Positions 40,059 through 50,464 of a DNA stretch of 64,000 nt are shown one piece after another. The stretch is from positions 54,072 to 118,071 of the forward strand of contig JBBQLI010000001.1 in assembly GCA_038327765.1 (NCBI GenBank). Reading direction: 5' to 3'. Under the pieces are notes generated by a model that was not told the DNA's origin, ran no database searches, and was given only the letters and a program-made list of their open reading frames with translations. The stretch comes from Candidatus Limnocylindrales bacterium (lineage in GTDB: Bacteria; Chloroflexota; Limnocylindria; Limnocylindrales; CSP1-4). A program made the position numbers and the translations under genes. Position 1 is the first letter of the stretch. Each line of letters starts with the position of its first letter.

Positions 40059-40955
40059 GTGACCGTCGATCGCGCCGCCGCTCCGTCCGCCTCCGTGGCG
40101 CGACGGGTGGCGGCGGCGCTCTACCGACGCCCGCGCGTCCAGCTTGCCGCGCTCCTCGCAGCGCCCCTGGGCTGGCTCGTGCTGGCGTACCTCGGGTCGC
40201 TTGGGCTCTTCCTGGTGACCTCGTTCTGGCGCGTGGACTCCTTGTCCGGGAACATCGTCACCGAGCCGACGCTGGCCAACTACCAGGCCGTGCTCACCCA
40301 GGAGATCTACCGGACGATCGCGGTCCGGACCGTCGGGATGGCCGCGCTTGTCACGTTCACCGACATCGCACTGGCCTTCCCGATCGCCTTCTATATGGCG
40401 CGGCTGGCTTCGTCCCGTACGCGCGGGATCCTGGCCGTTTCGATCCTCCTCCCGCTCTGGTCCGGCTACCTCGTCAAGGTCTATGCCTGGCGGCTCATCC
40501 TGAGTGAAGGCGGCGTCCTGAATGCGGTCCTTGAGCCGTTCGGTCTCAGGAGTCCCGGGTACAGCGACGTCGCTGTCTGGCTGGTCGAGTCCTACCTGTG
40601 GCTGCCGTACATGATCATCCCGATCTTCGCTGGGCTCGAGCGCATCCCGGGTTCCTTGCTCGAAGCATCGGCGGACCTTGGCGGAAAGGCCGGGATGACG
40701 TTCCGTCGGGTCATCCTGCCGCTGGCACTGCCCGCGGTCGCCGCTGGCTCGATCTTCACGTTCAGTCTCACGCTGGGCGACTACATCACCCCGACCCTCG
40801 TCTCGAACACACGGTTCATCGGCAACGTGGTGTACGACTCGGTGGGGATCGCGGGCAATCAGCCCTTCGCCGCGGCATACGCGATGGTCCCGGTCACGAT
40901 CATGCTGATCTTCCTGCTGATCGCACGGCGCCTCGGCGCCTTCGACGCACTCTGA
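40059..40955 (+). CDS. potB: polyamine ABC transporter permease
   Basis: 6-TM BPD_transp_1 permease with an EAA-like loop. Confidence 0.8.
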   Translation: MTVDRAAAPSASVARRVAAALYRRPRVQLAALLAAPLGWLVLAYLGSLGLFLVTSFWRVDSLSGNIVTEPTLANYQAVLTQEIYRTIAVRTVGMAALVTFTDIALAFPIAFYMARLASSRTRGILAVSILLPLWSGYLVKVYAWRLILSEGGVLNAVLEPFGLRSPGYSDVAVWLVESYLWLPYMIIPIFAGLERIPGSLLEASADLGGKAGMTFRRVILPLALPAVAAGSIFTFSLTLGDYITPTLVSNTRFIGNVVYDSVGIAGNQPFAAAYAMVPVTIMLIFLLIARRLGAFDAL

Positions 40956-41764
40956 TGGGCATCTCGAGGCGGACACGGATCGCGCTGCGCATCGCGGCAG
41001 CCTTGATCCTTGGCTTCATCTACGTGCCGATCGGGATCATCGTCCTGTACTCCTTCAACGCGGCCAAGGTGGCGACCTGGCCGATCCAATCGTTCACCCT
41101 CGACTGGTACGCGAAGGCCGTGACCGATCAGGGCATCCGTTCGGCTCTGGGGGCCTCGGTCCAGGCGGCGATCGGGGCGACCGTCGTCTCGCTGGTCCTT
41201 GGCACCCTGATCGCGATCGCCGTCCAGCGCTACCGATTCTTCGGTCGGGATGCCATCTCGTTCGTCGTGATCCTGCCGCTGGCCCTGCCAGGCATCGTCA
41301 CCGGCCTTGCCCTGAACACCGCCTTCCGAACCATCGGTTTCGACTTCGGCATGGCCACGATCGTCATCGGCCACGCTACGTTCTGCATCGTGGTCATCTA
41401 CAACAATGTCGTCGCACGACTGAGGCGGACGGCGCGATCGATCGAGGAAGCATCCTCGGACCTTGGCGCCGACACCTTCTCGACATTCCGGCGCATCACG
41501 CTGCCGTCCATCCGCACCTCATTGATCGCCGGCGGCCTTCTGGCATTCGCGCTGTCCTTCGACGAGATCATCGTGACCAACTTCACGGCGGGCGCCGGCA
41601 TCCAGACCCTGCCGATCTGGATCTTCAACAACTACCAGCGGCCGAACCAGCTGCCGCTGGTCAACGTGGCCGCGGTCCTGGTGCTCGTCCTTTCGATCGT
41701 GCCGGTCTACCTCGCGTCGCGGTTGACCGCGGATCCTGCCTCCGTTGCCGGCGCCAGGACCTGA
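40955..41764 (+). CDS. potC: polyamine ABC transporter permease
   Basis: ATGA overlap with potB. 6-TM permease. Confidence 0.8.
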   Translation: MGISRRTRIALRIAAALILGFIYVPIGIIVLYSFNAAKVATWPIQSFTLDWYAKAVTDQGIRSALGASVQAAIGATVVSLVLGTLIAIAVQRYRFFGRDAISFVVILPLALPGIVTGLALNTAFRTIGFDFGMATIVIGHATFCIVVIYNNVVARLRRTARSIEEASSDLGADTFSTFRRITLPSIRTSLIAGGLLAFALSFDEIIVTNFTAGAGIQTLPIWIFNNYQRPNQLPLVNVAAVLVLVLSIVPVYLASRLTADPASVAGART

Positions 41765-41780
41765 TCGCACGCCCGAGCCG

Positions 41781-41823
41781 TGATCAACCGTGGACGTGCC
41801 GCCTGATCAACCGTGGACGTGCC
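41781..41823. repeat. tandem duplication of a 20-mer TGATCAACCGTGGACGTGCC (period 23 bp) directly after potC
   Basis: Read directly. Two identical copies, at 41781-41800 and 41804-41823. Confidence 0.7.
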
Positions 41824-42369
41824 ACTTGATGCCGATGAACGCGGTCGCGGCCGTGAACAGGACCGGCGACCAGCGACCGATGAGATTCGAAACGCGAGCG
41901 CGCACGGGGCACCTCCTGCACGGGTCACCCTGACCCGGACTCCGACGTTCGGACCCCTTCCAAGGAGTGCCCGGTCCGCTTCGTACGCCGATGGCCAGTG
42001 TCGCGCGCGGCGCTTAGCTGCGGCTTACGCAGCCTTGAGTACGGGTATCACGGGCGCGGGGGTGCGGTCACGGCAGGGCCGACAAGCCGGGCCGATCCGG
42101 GCCGAGCCGATCCGATCCGGGCCGACCGTGGACCAGCACGAGCGCCACCCGACGTCTGAGCGCCTCGGATCGCCCCCAAAACGGTCGTTCCGCGGTCAAA
42201 TGACGCTGGCGGCGGTCCACCTGACGATCGAGCGCGCCTCGACAGACCTTCGCCGGTCGCTTGGCGCTCCCGGTGATCCTGGCTGGGTCGGCGAATCTCC
42301 TCGAACCTCCGCGCCGCGAACCTCCGCGCCGCCCCGCGCCCCACGACGCCGCCCCCCACAAACGCGGCG

Positions 42370-43314
42370 TTACTTGATCGGGAGCGTCGGGACCTGGCTC
42401 AGCACGGACTGGATGGCCTGCGCGGCCCCGAGGAGTGCCGACGACTCCGCCGGGATGACGATCTTCGTGTTCGGGCTGGCAGCGAACTTGGAGAGCGTGT
42501 CGAGCTGCAGGATGGCCACGAGGGTCGGGTTCGGGTCGGCCGCCTTGATCGCGTCATACACGGTCTTGATGGCTTGGGCTCGGCCTTCGGCCTCCAGGAT
42601 CTGGGCCTGCCGATTGCCCTCCGCGATGAGGATGGCCGCCTGCCGTTCGCCCTCGGCGCTCTTGATCGCGGCCTGTCGCTCGCCGTCGGCGACATTCACC
42701 GCCGACTGCTGGAGACCCTCGGACTGGAGGATCTTCGCGCGCTTCTCCTGGTCGGCCTGCTTCTGGAGCGCCAGCGCCTGGAGGATCTGTGGGGGCGGGG
42801 TGATCTCCACGATCTCGATCCGATTGATCCGGATGCCCCACTTGTCCGTGACGGCTTCCATCATCTGCTGGACGTCGACGTTGATCCGCTCGCGCTCCGA
42901 GAGCGCCTGGTCGAGCGACAGGGTGCCGATCACCGAACGGAGGGCGGTCCGGGCCAGCGCGTCGATGGCGACATCGAAATTGGAGATGCTGAACAGGGCC
43001 TGCTTGGCGTCGACGATCTGGGTGAAGATCGTGGCGTTCACCGCGACCACCACGTTGTCCTTGGTGATCACTTCCTGGCGATCGCCAGGGCGTGGGATCT
43101 CGCGCATATCGACGAAGACGATCGCATCGATGAACGGGGCGATGATGACCATGCCCGGCTCATGGATGCCGTGGAATTCGCCGAGCCGCTTGACGACGCC
43201 GACCGAGCCCTGCTGGACCAGGTTGACGGTGGAGCGCAGCAGGTAGATCGCGAACAGGACGATGACGACGAGCGCGACGCCGGCGACGATCGCCGCGACA
43301 GTGGAGGAATCCAT
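42370..43314 (-). CDS. SPFH/band-7 (stomatin/HflK-like) protein
   Basis: N-terminal TM, SPFH domain, and a C-terminal Ala/Gln coiled-coil with repeated AEG(E/N)RQA motifs. Confidence 0.85.
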   Translation of the reverse strand: MDSSTVAAIVAGVALVVIVLFAIYLLRSTVNLVQQGSVGVVKRLGEFHGIHEPGMVIIAPFIDAIVFVDMREIPRPGDRQEVITKDNVVVAVNATIFTQIVDAKQALFSISNFDVAIDALARTALRSVIGTLSLDQALSERERINVDVQQMMEAVTDKWGIRINRIEIVEITPPPQILQALALQKQADQEKRAKILQSEGLQQSAVNVADGERQAAIKSAEGERQAAILIAEGNRQAQILEAEGRAQAIKTVYDAIKAADPNPTLVAILQLDTLSKFAASPNTKIVIPAESSALLGAAQAIQSVLSQVPTLPIK

Positions 43315-43319
43315 CGGGT

Positions 43320-43799
43320 CTATGCCTCCGAGGGCTGGGCCGACGGCGAGCCGGCAGGACGGACGAGAAGTGTCGTCCCGCGCACCGCGCTGATGACGAC
43401 CGATGCGCCAGACTCGATCGCCGCGTGATGCGCATCGACGATGGCTAGCCAGACCTCGCCGGCCAGGCGGACATGGCCTGGATGGAGCTCGTCGCCGATG
43501 GGATCGAGCGCAAGCGCCTGTTGTCCCACGAACCCGCCGTGGACACCGGGACCGACGGCGCCCGGCGCGCGTCGATGCATGCGTCGACCCACGAAGGGTC
43601 GAACCAGCCCGACGCCGGCGACGGCCACGACGACGGCGACGACCGCCGAGGCAAGGGGTGGAAGATCGGGTGCGAAGACCGCCACGACCCCGGCGGCAGC
43701 GGCGCCCAGGGCCAGGAAGATCGCATAGAACGTCGTACTCGCGATCTCCGCGACGAGGAGAGCGACTGCGATCACGAACCAGATCACCGGGATCGGCAT
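43320..43799 (-). CDS. NfeD-family membrane protein (partner of SPFH)
   Basis: Two or three TM helices plus a C-terminal OB-fold-like region. Classic nfeD-SPFH pairing. ATG at 43799. Confidence 0.7.
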   Translation of the reverse strand: MPIPVIWFVIAVALLVAEIASTTFYAIFLALGAAAAGVVAVFAPDLPPLASAVVAVVVAVAGVGLVRPFVGRRMHRRAPGAVGPGVHGGFVGQQALALDPIGDELHPGHVRLAGEVWLAIVDAHHAAIESGASVVISAVRGTTLLVRPAGSPSAQPSEA

Positions 43800-43852
43800 G
43801 CGTCGACTATAGGCTGTCCGTGTCAACACGCAACGCGCACTCGGGCGCGCGC

Positions 43853-44023
43853 CTACATGGTCGGGACGTGGTCCGCTGAGAGGAACGAATCGGGGTCGTC
43901 CTTGAAGTCCAGCAGGCAGCCCTTGCCGCAGAACCAGTAGGTGGTCCCGTCGTACTCGAACGAGAGGTCGGACGTGTCCGTATCGACCTCCATCCCGCAG
44001 ACCGGATCGATCGCGATCGCCAT
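43853..44023 (-). CDS. YHS/TRASH-domain small metal-binding protein (56 aa), absent from the ORF track
   Basis: Translation MAIAIDPVCGMEVDTDTSDLSFEYDGTTYWFCGKGCLLDFKDDPDSFLSADHVPTM shows the DPVCGM...YWFCG.GC YHS signature. AAGGAGG lies 7 nt upstream of the ATG. Confidence 0.7.
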   Translation of the reverse strand: MAIAIDPVCGMEVDTDTSDLSFEYDGTTYWFCGKGCLLDFKDDPDSFLSADHVPTM

Positions 44024-44045
44024 GAGCGTGCCTCCTTCATCCAGG

Positions 44046-44060
44046 TACTCCCCGGGAGTA
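44046..44060. promoter_or_regulatory. perfect 15-bp palindrome TACTCCC-C-GGGAGTA in the divergent intergenic region; candidate operator
   Basis: Read directly. 22 bp upstream of the YHS-gene ATG. Same half-sites as 12819-12835. Confidence 0.5.
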
Positions 44061-44109
44061 TACCCGCGCGCATCGCTGCGGCCAACGCCGGAGTAGCATC
44101 ACCGGCCAC

Positions 44110-44454
44110 ATGGACGCCATCGACGTCAGCGCAGCACGCTCCACGCTTCGCGCCGAGCGCGATCGACTCCGAATCGACCTGGGCGAGGCGATCGTCGCGC
44201 CCGGGCAGATGACCTACGGCTCGCAGGCGGCGGCCGCCAGCCAGGTCTTCGCCCAGCAGCGCGATCTCGCCCTGCGCGACCGGACCATCGCGCTGCTCTC
44301 GCTCGTCGACGAGGCGCTCGAGCGCCTGGACGCCGGGACCTTCGGGGCGTGTACGCGCTGCGGGAGACCGATCGCTCCGGCCCGGCTCGAGGCCTTGCCG
44401 TGGGCGGCCACCTGCATCGAATGCCAGCGCATCCGCGACCGGGGCGACCGGTGA
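44110..44454 (+). CDS. DksA/TraR-family C4-type zinc-finger protein
   Basis: C-terminal CTRCGRPI...CIECQ four-Cys finger after a coiled region. Confidence 0.6.
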   Translation: MDAIDVSAARSTLRAERDRLRIDLGEAIVAPGQMTYGSQAAAASQVFAQQRDLALRDRTIALLSLVDEALERLDAGTFGACTRCGRPIAPARLEALPWAATCIECQRIRDRGDR

Positions 44455-45452
44455 CGGACGACGACGCGCCGCTGGTCACCCTCGCGGACATCCGGGCCGC
44501 CGCCGAGCGTCTGCGCGGCATCGCGATCCGGTCGCCGCTGGTGCCGTTCGGCCGGCCGGAGTCGCGCCGGTTACTCAAGGCGGAGTCGCTCCAGCCGATC
44601 GGTGCATTCAAGCTCCGGGGCGCCTATGCGCTGATCTCGACCCTCGGCGAGGCCGAACGACGGGCCGGGGTCATCACGTATTCGTCGGGCAATCACGCCC
44701 AGGGCGTGGCCCGCGCCGCGCGCCTGCTGGGGATCCCAGCCGTGGTCGTGATGCCGAGCGATGCACCGACCATCAAGCGTGACCGGGTGGTCGCCGACGG
44801 CGCCGAGCTGATCGTGGTGGGAACGGCGTCGGATGAGCGCCAGCGGGTCGCGGAGCGGGTCGCGGCGGAACGCGGGCTCATCGTGGTCCCGCCCTACGAC
44901 GACGACCGGATCATCGCCGGTCAGGGCTCGATCGGGATCGAGCTTGTGGAGGACGTGCCCGACCTCGCCGCCGTGCTCGTGCCGATCGGTGGGGGCGGCC
45001 TGGCCAGCGGGATCGCGACGGCGATCAAGGCGCTCCGCCCGGAGGTCCGGGTCATCGGCGTCGAACCCGACCTTGCGGCCGATGCCCGCGACTCGCTCGC
45101 GGCCGGTTCGATCGTGCGCTGGCCGGCCGAACAGGTGTCGCGGACGATCGCCGACGGCACACGCAGCCAGGCCATCGGGCGGCGGACGTTCGCCCACCTT
45201 CGTGCGTATCTCGATGGGATCGTGACCGTCAGCGAGGCGGAGATCGCGGCGGGTGTCCGGCTTGCGGCCGAGGAAAGCCGACTGGTGGTGGAGCCGTCGG
45301 GGGCGCTGTCCGTGGCAGCCCTGGCATTCCGTGCCGGGGAACTCGGGCTGGACCGGCTGGACGGGTCGGTGGTGGCCGTCGTCAGCGGTGGCAACGTGGA
45401 CCCCGAACGCTACCTGGCATTCCTGTCCGCGCCGATCCCCGAACGCGGCTAG
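44451..45452 (+). CDS. threonine/serine dehydratase (PLP-dependent, fold type II)
   Basis: PLP-Lys motif QPIGAFKLRGA and glycine loop GGGGL. The GTG start overlaps the previous stop (GTGA). Confidence 0.85.
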   Translation: MTDDDAPLVTLADIRAAAERLRGIAIRSPLVPFGRPESRRLLKAESLQPIGAFKLRGAYALISTLGEAERRAGVITYSSGNHAQGVARAARLLGIPAVVVMPSDAPTIKRDRVVADGAELIVVGTASDERQRVAERVAAERGLIVVPPYDDDRIIAGQGSIGIELVEDVPDLAAVLVPIGGGGLASGIATAIKALRPEVRVIGVEPDLAADARDSLAAGSIVRWPAEQVSRTIADGTRSQAIGRRTFAHLRAYLDGIVTVSEAEIAAGVRLAAEESRLVVEPSGALSVAALAFRAGELGLDRLDGSVVAVVSGGNVDPERYLAFLSAPIPERG

Positions 45453-45464
45453 CGCCGCGCTGGC

Positions 45465-46514
45465 CTAGGTCCCGGGGTCGCCGCGCTCCTGCGCGAGTCG
45501 TTCGGCCAGGCGCTGCTCTCGGATCCGGATCTCGGCGAGCTGGACCGCAGCCCGGCGGTCGTTCCGTCCGGAGTCGCGTTCCTCGGACCGGAACCAGCCG
45601 CGGACCACGAGCATGATCGAGGCGATGAAGATCACGTCGCCCACGATCCACATGAGTCCGGCAGCGAGCCGCTGATCATCGAGCGGCGAGAGACCCCATG
45701 ACCGCACCACCGTCGCGTAGTGCACGTACAGCACGCTCTCGACGTTGATCATGACGAACGCGAGGAACGTGTTCTGGGTCATCTGCATGAAGATGTGGAC
45801 GGCCCGGACCGGGTGGGCCATCCGCCAGGGCGACGGATCAAGTGCGATGGCCGGCCACCAGAACAGGAGCGCAGCGGTCAGGAACAGGGCGTGTTCCAGA
45901 TCGTGGAGGAACGGGTCCTCGAGGGTGGCGTTGAACAGGGGCGAGAAATGCGCGGCCCACAGGACCGCCGCCAGGAAGAGCCAGCCCACCACCGGGAATG
46001 ACAGCACGCGCATCACGCGCGAGTGGAGGACGGGCAGGATCCAGTGCTGACGCGTCTGATGCGAGGCGACGCGCAGCAGCAGCGTCACGGGTGCTGACAG
46101 CGCGATCAGCGGTGCGGCGACCAGGATCAGCAGGATGTGCTGGACCATATGCACCGAGAACAGGGTCGTGTCATAGCGGTCGATGCCGGACATCAGGGCG
46201 ATCGCGATGGCGACCTGTCCGCCCACGAAGGTCCACGTCCGGCGCGGCGGGACGGGGTGATCAGGGTGGACCGCGTTCACCCGTCGGACCGCCCAACGCC
46301 ACCACAGGAGGGCGGCCACGATCCCGAGCGTCGGGAATGGTTCGAACGACCAGCCGAACAGCAGGTTCAGGACGGTCGGTGGATCCAGCGGACCGATCGA
46401 CGGCGCGGTCGCCGAGGCGGCCGCCACCGACCCGGCACCGGCCACGAGGCGGAGCGCGGCCAGACCGCCGATGAGCAGGGGGACGGGGGCCGGACGAGCG
46501 CGCATCGGCGGCAT
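45465..46514 (-). CDS. ctaG: cytochrome c oxidase assembly factor CtaG (Caa3_CtaG family) membrane protein
   Basis: Polytopic protein with conserved His-containing helices (HMVQHILL, HDLEHALF). Divergent from ctaC. Confidence 0.7.
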   Translation of the reverse strand: MPPMRARPAPVPLLIGGLAALRLVAGAGSVAAASATAPSIGPLDPPTVLNLLFGWSFEPFPTLGIVAALLWWRWAVRRVNAVHPDHPVPPRRTWTFVGGQVAIAIALMSGIDRYDTTLFSVHMVQHILLILVAAPLIALSAPVTLLLRVASHQTRQHWILPVLHSRVMRVLSFPVVGWLFLAAVLWAAHFSPLFNATLEDPFLHDLEHALFLTAALLFWWPAIALDPSPWRMAHPVRAVHIFMQMTQNTFLAFVMINVESVLYVHYATVVRSWGLSPLDDQRLAAGLMWIVGDVIFIASIMLVVRGWFRSEERDSGRNDRRAAVQLAEIRIREQRLAERLAQERGDPGT

Positions 46515-46704
46515 CGTCCCACGAACCGACGCGTGGCGACGCGCCTGGCCCGGGTCTCTGAGACGGTCAGCGGGACGCCGCCTCCCGAGCCGGACGACGG
46601 CGGCACGCGCCGGGTATCATGACCGCGGCCCGCCAGCGGGCCCGTTTGACGCTGCCATCTCGCCGGGCACCCACACGGGACCCGCGACTCGCCGAGGACA
46701 CTGG

Positions 46705-47901
46705 ATGTCGAGCACCCAAGGCGCCCGCCGCTCCGGCTCCACCGCGCTCGTGGTGGTGCTCGTCCTCGCCGTGGTCGGAGTGGTCCTGGCCATCGTCACG
46801 GGCGCCGGCGCACGGGTCGTCGAGAGCCTCTACCCGCCGGTCGCGGTCACGACCCAGGGCGCGGAGATCCGCAACCTCTACACCATCGTCTTCATCATCG
46901 CCGTCGCGATCTTCTTCCTCGTCGAAGGACTGATCGTGTGGACCGTCATCCGTTATCGCCGCCAGCCCGGCGACGACACGCTGCCGCCCCAGATCCACGG
47001 CAACAACATCGCCGAGGTCACCTGGACCGTCGTGCCCACGCTCATCGTCGCGTTCCTGTTCGTGATCTCGTGGCAGACGCTCAATAGCGTCGACGCCACC
47101 ACCACGACGCCCGACACGAAGATCCGCGCGGTCGCGGGGCAGTTCCAGTGGACGTTCGACTACATGCCCGCCAACTACGACCCCGACACGGCCGCTGGCA
47201 AGGACATCGCGCCCCTGTTCACGCAGTACTCCCCCATCGGTGCGGATGGCGGCCTTGACGTCCCGACCGGGCGCACCATCCAGCTTTACCTGACCAGCCC
47301 CGACGTGATCCACGCGTTCTACGTCCCGCAGTTCCTGTTCAAGCGCGACGTCGTGCCGGGTCGGGTCAACCGCTTCGATTTCAATGTCGACGAGAGCTAT
47401 GCCGGGGGGACGTTCCGGGGGCAGTGCGCGGAACTGTGCGGGACCGGGCATCGCCTGATGCTGTTCGAGGTCCACGCCCTGAAGGGGCCCGACTTCGATG
47501 CGTGGCTCGCCAAGCAGGTCGCTGCTGCGGTCGCCACCCCGGCGCCATCCGCCTCCGCGGGTCCGCCGGCCTCTCCCGGCGCCAGCGGCCAGGTCCCGAG
47601 CGGCGCGCCGGCCGCGGGCACGGAGCTGCACATCTCGGCGACCAACATCGCGTTCGATCAGACGGCGCTCAGCGCGCCGGCGAACAGCCCGATCACCATC
47701 GACTTCGAGAACAAGGACGCGGGGACCCCGCACGACATCAAGATCTTCAAGGACAGCATCGGCGGTACTGTCGTGTATGACGGCAAGATCTTTCCCGGTG
47801 TCGCCACCCAGCAGTACCTGGTCGGCCCGTTGGCGGCCGGGACCTATCCCTTCGAGTGCTTCGTCCATCCGAACATGACCGGCACGTTGACGGTCCAGTA
47901 A
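46705..47901 (+). CDS. ctaC: cytochrome c oxidase subunit II with a C-terminal fused type-1 copper (cupredoxin) domain
   Basis: Two TM helices, then the CuA site (H...CAELCGTGHRLM). A Pro/Ala/Ser linker follows. A roughly 95-aa domain carries PHD, then FECFVHPNMTG (His-Cys-His-Met). Confidence 0.85.
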   Translation: MSSTQGARRSGSTALVVVLVLAVVGVVLAIVTGAGARVVESLYPPVAVTTQGAEIRNLYTIVFIIAVAIFFLVEGLIVWTVIRYRRQPGDDTLPPQIHGNNIAEVTWTVVPTLIVAFLFVISWQTLNSVDATTTTPDTKIRAVAGQFQWTFDYMPANYDPDTAAGKDIAPLFTQYSPIGADGGLDVPTGRTIQLYLTSPDVIHAFYVPQFLFKRDVVPGRVNRFDFNVDESYAGGTFRGQCAELCGTGHRLMLFEVHALKGPDFDAWLAKQVAAAVATPAPSASAGPPASPGASGQVPSGAPAAGTELHISATNIAFDQTALSAPANSPITIDFENKDAGTPHDIKIFKDSIGGTVVYDGKIFPGVATQQYLVGPLAAGTYPFECFVHPNMTGTLTVQ

Positions 47902-47909
47902 GGAGCCCG

Positions 47910-49538
47910 ATGGCAACGACCACGTTGACGCCGGCAGCCACGTCGTACCGCAGCGGCCTGTACGACTGGATCACCACGACCGATCACAAGAAGATCGGGA
48001 TCCTGTACATCATCAACTCGTTCCTGTTCTTTTTCATCGGCGGCACGCTGGCGCTCGGTGTCCGGACGGAACTGGCCCAGCCCGGTCTGCAGTTCCTGAC
48101 CGAGGCGGGCTACAACGAAGCCTTCACGATGCACGCCACGTTCATGATCTTCCTGTTCGTGATCCCGATGCTGGCGGGCTTCGGCAACTACATCGTGCCG
48201 CTCCAGATCGGCGCACCGGACATGGCCTTCCCGCGCATCAACGCCCTGTCGCTGTGGATGCTCCCGCTGGCCGGGGTCCTGCTGCTGTCGGGCTTCTTCA
48301 CGGGTGGGACCGCGGCGGCCGGCTGGACCAGCTACAGCCCGCTGGCCCAGGACAGACCGTTGGCGGCGGTCGGCTCGGGCGAGGACCTGTGGATCGTGGC
48401 CATCATCCTGATCGGGACCAGCTCGATCCTTGGCGCGATCAACTTCCTGGTCACGATCTTCAAGATGCGCGCCCCGGGGATGACCCTCTTCCGGATGCCG
48501 ATCATGGTCTGGACCGTGCTCGTCACCTCGGTCCTGGTGCTCATGGCCACGCCGGTCATCACCAGCGCCCTGATCATGCTGTTCATCGATCGCAACTACG
48601 GCGGGTCGTTCTTCGACCCCAGGGTGGGCGGCGATCCGATCCTCTACCAGAACATCTTCTGGTTCTACTCGCACCCGGCGGTCTACGTGATGATCCTGCC
48701 CGCGATGGGCATGGTCAGCGAGATCCTGCCGGTCTTCAGCCGAAAGCCGCTATTCGGCTACAAGGCGTTCATCTTCGCGACGGCCGGCATCGGCGCCCTG
48801 GGCTTCTCGGTCTGGGCGCACCACATGTTCACGACCGGCGCGGTCTACCTGCCGTTCTTCAGTCTCATGACGTTCCTGATCGCCGTCCCCACCGGCGTGA
48901 AGATGTTCAACTGGATCTTCACGATGTGGCGCGGGCAGCTGATGCTCAAGACGCCGTTGTTGTTCGTGCTCGGGTTCCTGTCGATGTTCCTCATCGGCGG
49001 CATCAACGGCGCCTTCAGCGCCAGCGTCCCGGTCGACTTCGCCCTGCACGACACCTACTGGGTGGTCGCGCACCTGCATTACGTCCTGTTCGGCGGGTCC
49101 GTGTTCGGGATCATGGGCGGCTTCTACTACTGGTTCCCCAAGATGACCGGCCGCATGCTCAATGAGACCGTCGGCAAGATCCAGTTCGTGCTGATGTTCA
49201 TCGGGTTCAACCTGACGTTCTTCCCGATGCATGAGCTGGGCCTGGCCGGCATGCCGCGTCGCATCGCCGACTACGCCTCGGCCGCGGGCTGGAACGACCT
49301 GAACCTCGTGGCCACGATCGGCGGCTTCACGATCGCTGCATCGATGCTGCCGCTGCTCTGGAACGTCTTTGCCTCGCTGCGCAACGGCACGATCGCCGGC
49401 GACGACCCGTGGGAGGGCAATACACTCGAATGGGCGACGAGCTCGCCGCCGCCCGCCTACAACTTCGACCACCTGCCGGAGATCCGCTCGGAGCGCCCGG
49501 TCTTCGATCTCCGTCACGGCACCACCCACGGGCACTGA
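47910..49538 (+). CDS. ctaD: cytochrome c oxidase subunit I
   Basis: 542 aa with heme-a/CuB ligands (WFFGHPEVY-like, [17 protein letters not shown]). AGGAG upstream. Confidence 0.95.
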   Translation: MATTTLTPAATSYRSGLYDWITTTDHKKIGILYIINSFLFFFIGGTLALGVRTELAQPGLQFLTEAGYNEAFTMHATFMIFLFVIPMLAGFGNYIVPLQIGAPDMAFPRINALSLWMLPLAGVLLLSGFFTGGTAAAGWTSYSPLAQDRPLAAVGSGEDLWIVAIILIGTSSILGAINFLVTIFKMRAPGMTLFRMPIMVWTVLVTSVLVLMATPVITSALIMLFIDRNYGGSFFDPRVGGDPILYQNIFWFYSHPAVYVMILPAMGMVSEILPVFSRKPLFGYKAFIFATAGIGALGFSVWAHHMFTTGAVYLPFFSLMTFLIAVPTGVKMFNWIFTMWRGQLMLKTPLLFVLGFLSMFLIGGINGAFSASVPVDFALHDTYWVVAHLHYVLFGGSVFGIMGGFYYWFPKMTGRMLNETVGKIQFVLMFIGFNLTFFPMHELGLAGMPRRIADYASAAGWNDLNLVATIGGFTIAASMLPLLWNVFASLRNGTIAGDDPWEGNTLEWATSSPPPAYNFDHLPEIRSERPVFDLRHGTTHGH

Positions 49539-49545
49539 GCGACCC

Positions 49546-50205
49546 ATGACGAGCGACGCGCACGCCCTCACCACCACCGTCGACCACGGCGCCGACGCTG
49601 GCGCCCACGACACTCGCGGCGGCATCAGCAACCCCGTCCTCGGGATGTTGCTGTTCATCACCTCCGAGGTGATGTTCTTCTCCGGCCTGTTCGCGGCCTA
49701 CTTCAGCGTCCGGGCCAACGCCCCGCAGTGGCCGCCCGTCAATCCGCAGACCCAGGAGCTGTTCCACGTGGACATGTTCCCGCTGGTACTGCCGGCCACG
49801 ATCCTGCTGGTGATCAGCTCCTTCACGTGCCAGTTCGCGGTCTGGGCGATCCGCCGCGACGACCGGACGGCGTTCCTCCGCAACATGACCGTCACCGTGG
49901 TCATCGGGGCGATCTTCCTGATCATGCAGGCCACGGACTATTCCATCCTCGGCTCGGAGGGCGTCACGCTCTCGTCCGGGACGTTCGGGACCACGTACTT
50001 CACGCTCACCGGGTTCCACGGCGCGCACGTCTTCGGTGGCGTGATCATGCTCTCGGTGGTGCTCTATCGCGGGCTCGCCGGCCAGTTCTCGGCGAAGCAC
50101 CACGATGCGATCGAGGCAGCCTCGCTGTACTGGCACTTCGTGGACGTGGTCTGGATCCTGCTGTTCTCGCTTCTCTACCTCCTCCCTGGCAACGCGCCGC
50201 ACTAG
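49546..50205 (+). CDS. ctaE: cytochrome c oxidase subunit III
   Basis: Five-TM CoxIII fold (TGFHGAHV). Confidence 0.9.
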   Translation: MTSDAHALTTTVDHGADAGAHDTRGGISNPVLGMLLFITSEVMFFSGLFAAYFSVRANAPQWPPVNPQTQELFHVDMFPLVLPATILLVISSFTCQFAVWAIRRDDRTAFLRNMTVTVVIGAIFLIMQATDYSILGSEGVTLSSGTFGTTYFTLTGFHGAHVFGGVIMLSVVLYRGLAGQFSAKHHDAIEAASLYWHFVDVVWILLFSLLYLLPGNAPH

Positions 50206-50216
50206 GAGCAGTGGCC

Positions 50217-50423
50217 ATGGACGAACCCATCAAGCATCCGATCAAGAACCCGCGCCGGGTCTTCCTCATCGCGGCGGCCTTCCTGTTCATCGCGCTGGTC
50301 TTCTGGGGCGTTCCCACGCTCGGACACTGGCACGTGGACTACGCGGGGACCACGATGCTGGTCGCCCTCGCGATCGCGATGAGCCTGATGGCGTATGTGC
50401 TCATCGCCGGGTCGCGCGAGTGA
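50217..50423 (+). CDS. small 2-TM protein, probable cytochrome oxidase subunit IV-like (CtaF N-terminal-half-like)
   Basis: 68 aa with two TM helices. AGGAG upstream. Positioned as the fourth gene of the cta operon. Confidence 0.55.
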   Translation: MDEPIKHPIKNPRRVFLIAAAFLFIALVFWGVPTLGHWHVDYAGTTMLVALAIAMSLMAYVLIAGSRE

Positions 50424-50464
50424 CGGACGCGACGCGCGACGCGCGCGACTGACCCGGGCGCCCG

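Noticed and set aside
43807-44109. 100-aa minus-strand ORF overlapping the YHS gene
   Set aside because: Same strand but a different frame from the YHS-domain reading frame. The YHS frame has the strong RBS and the domain signature; this one is Arg/Ser-rich junk.
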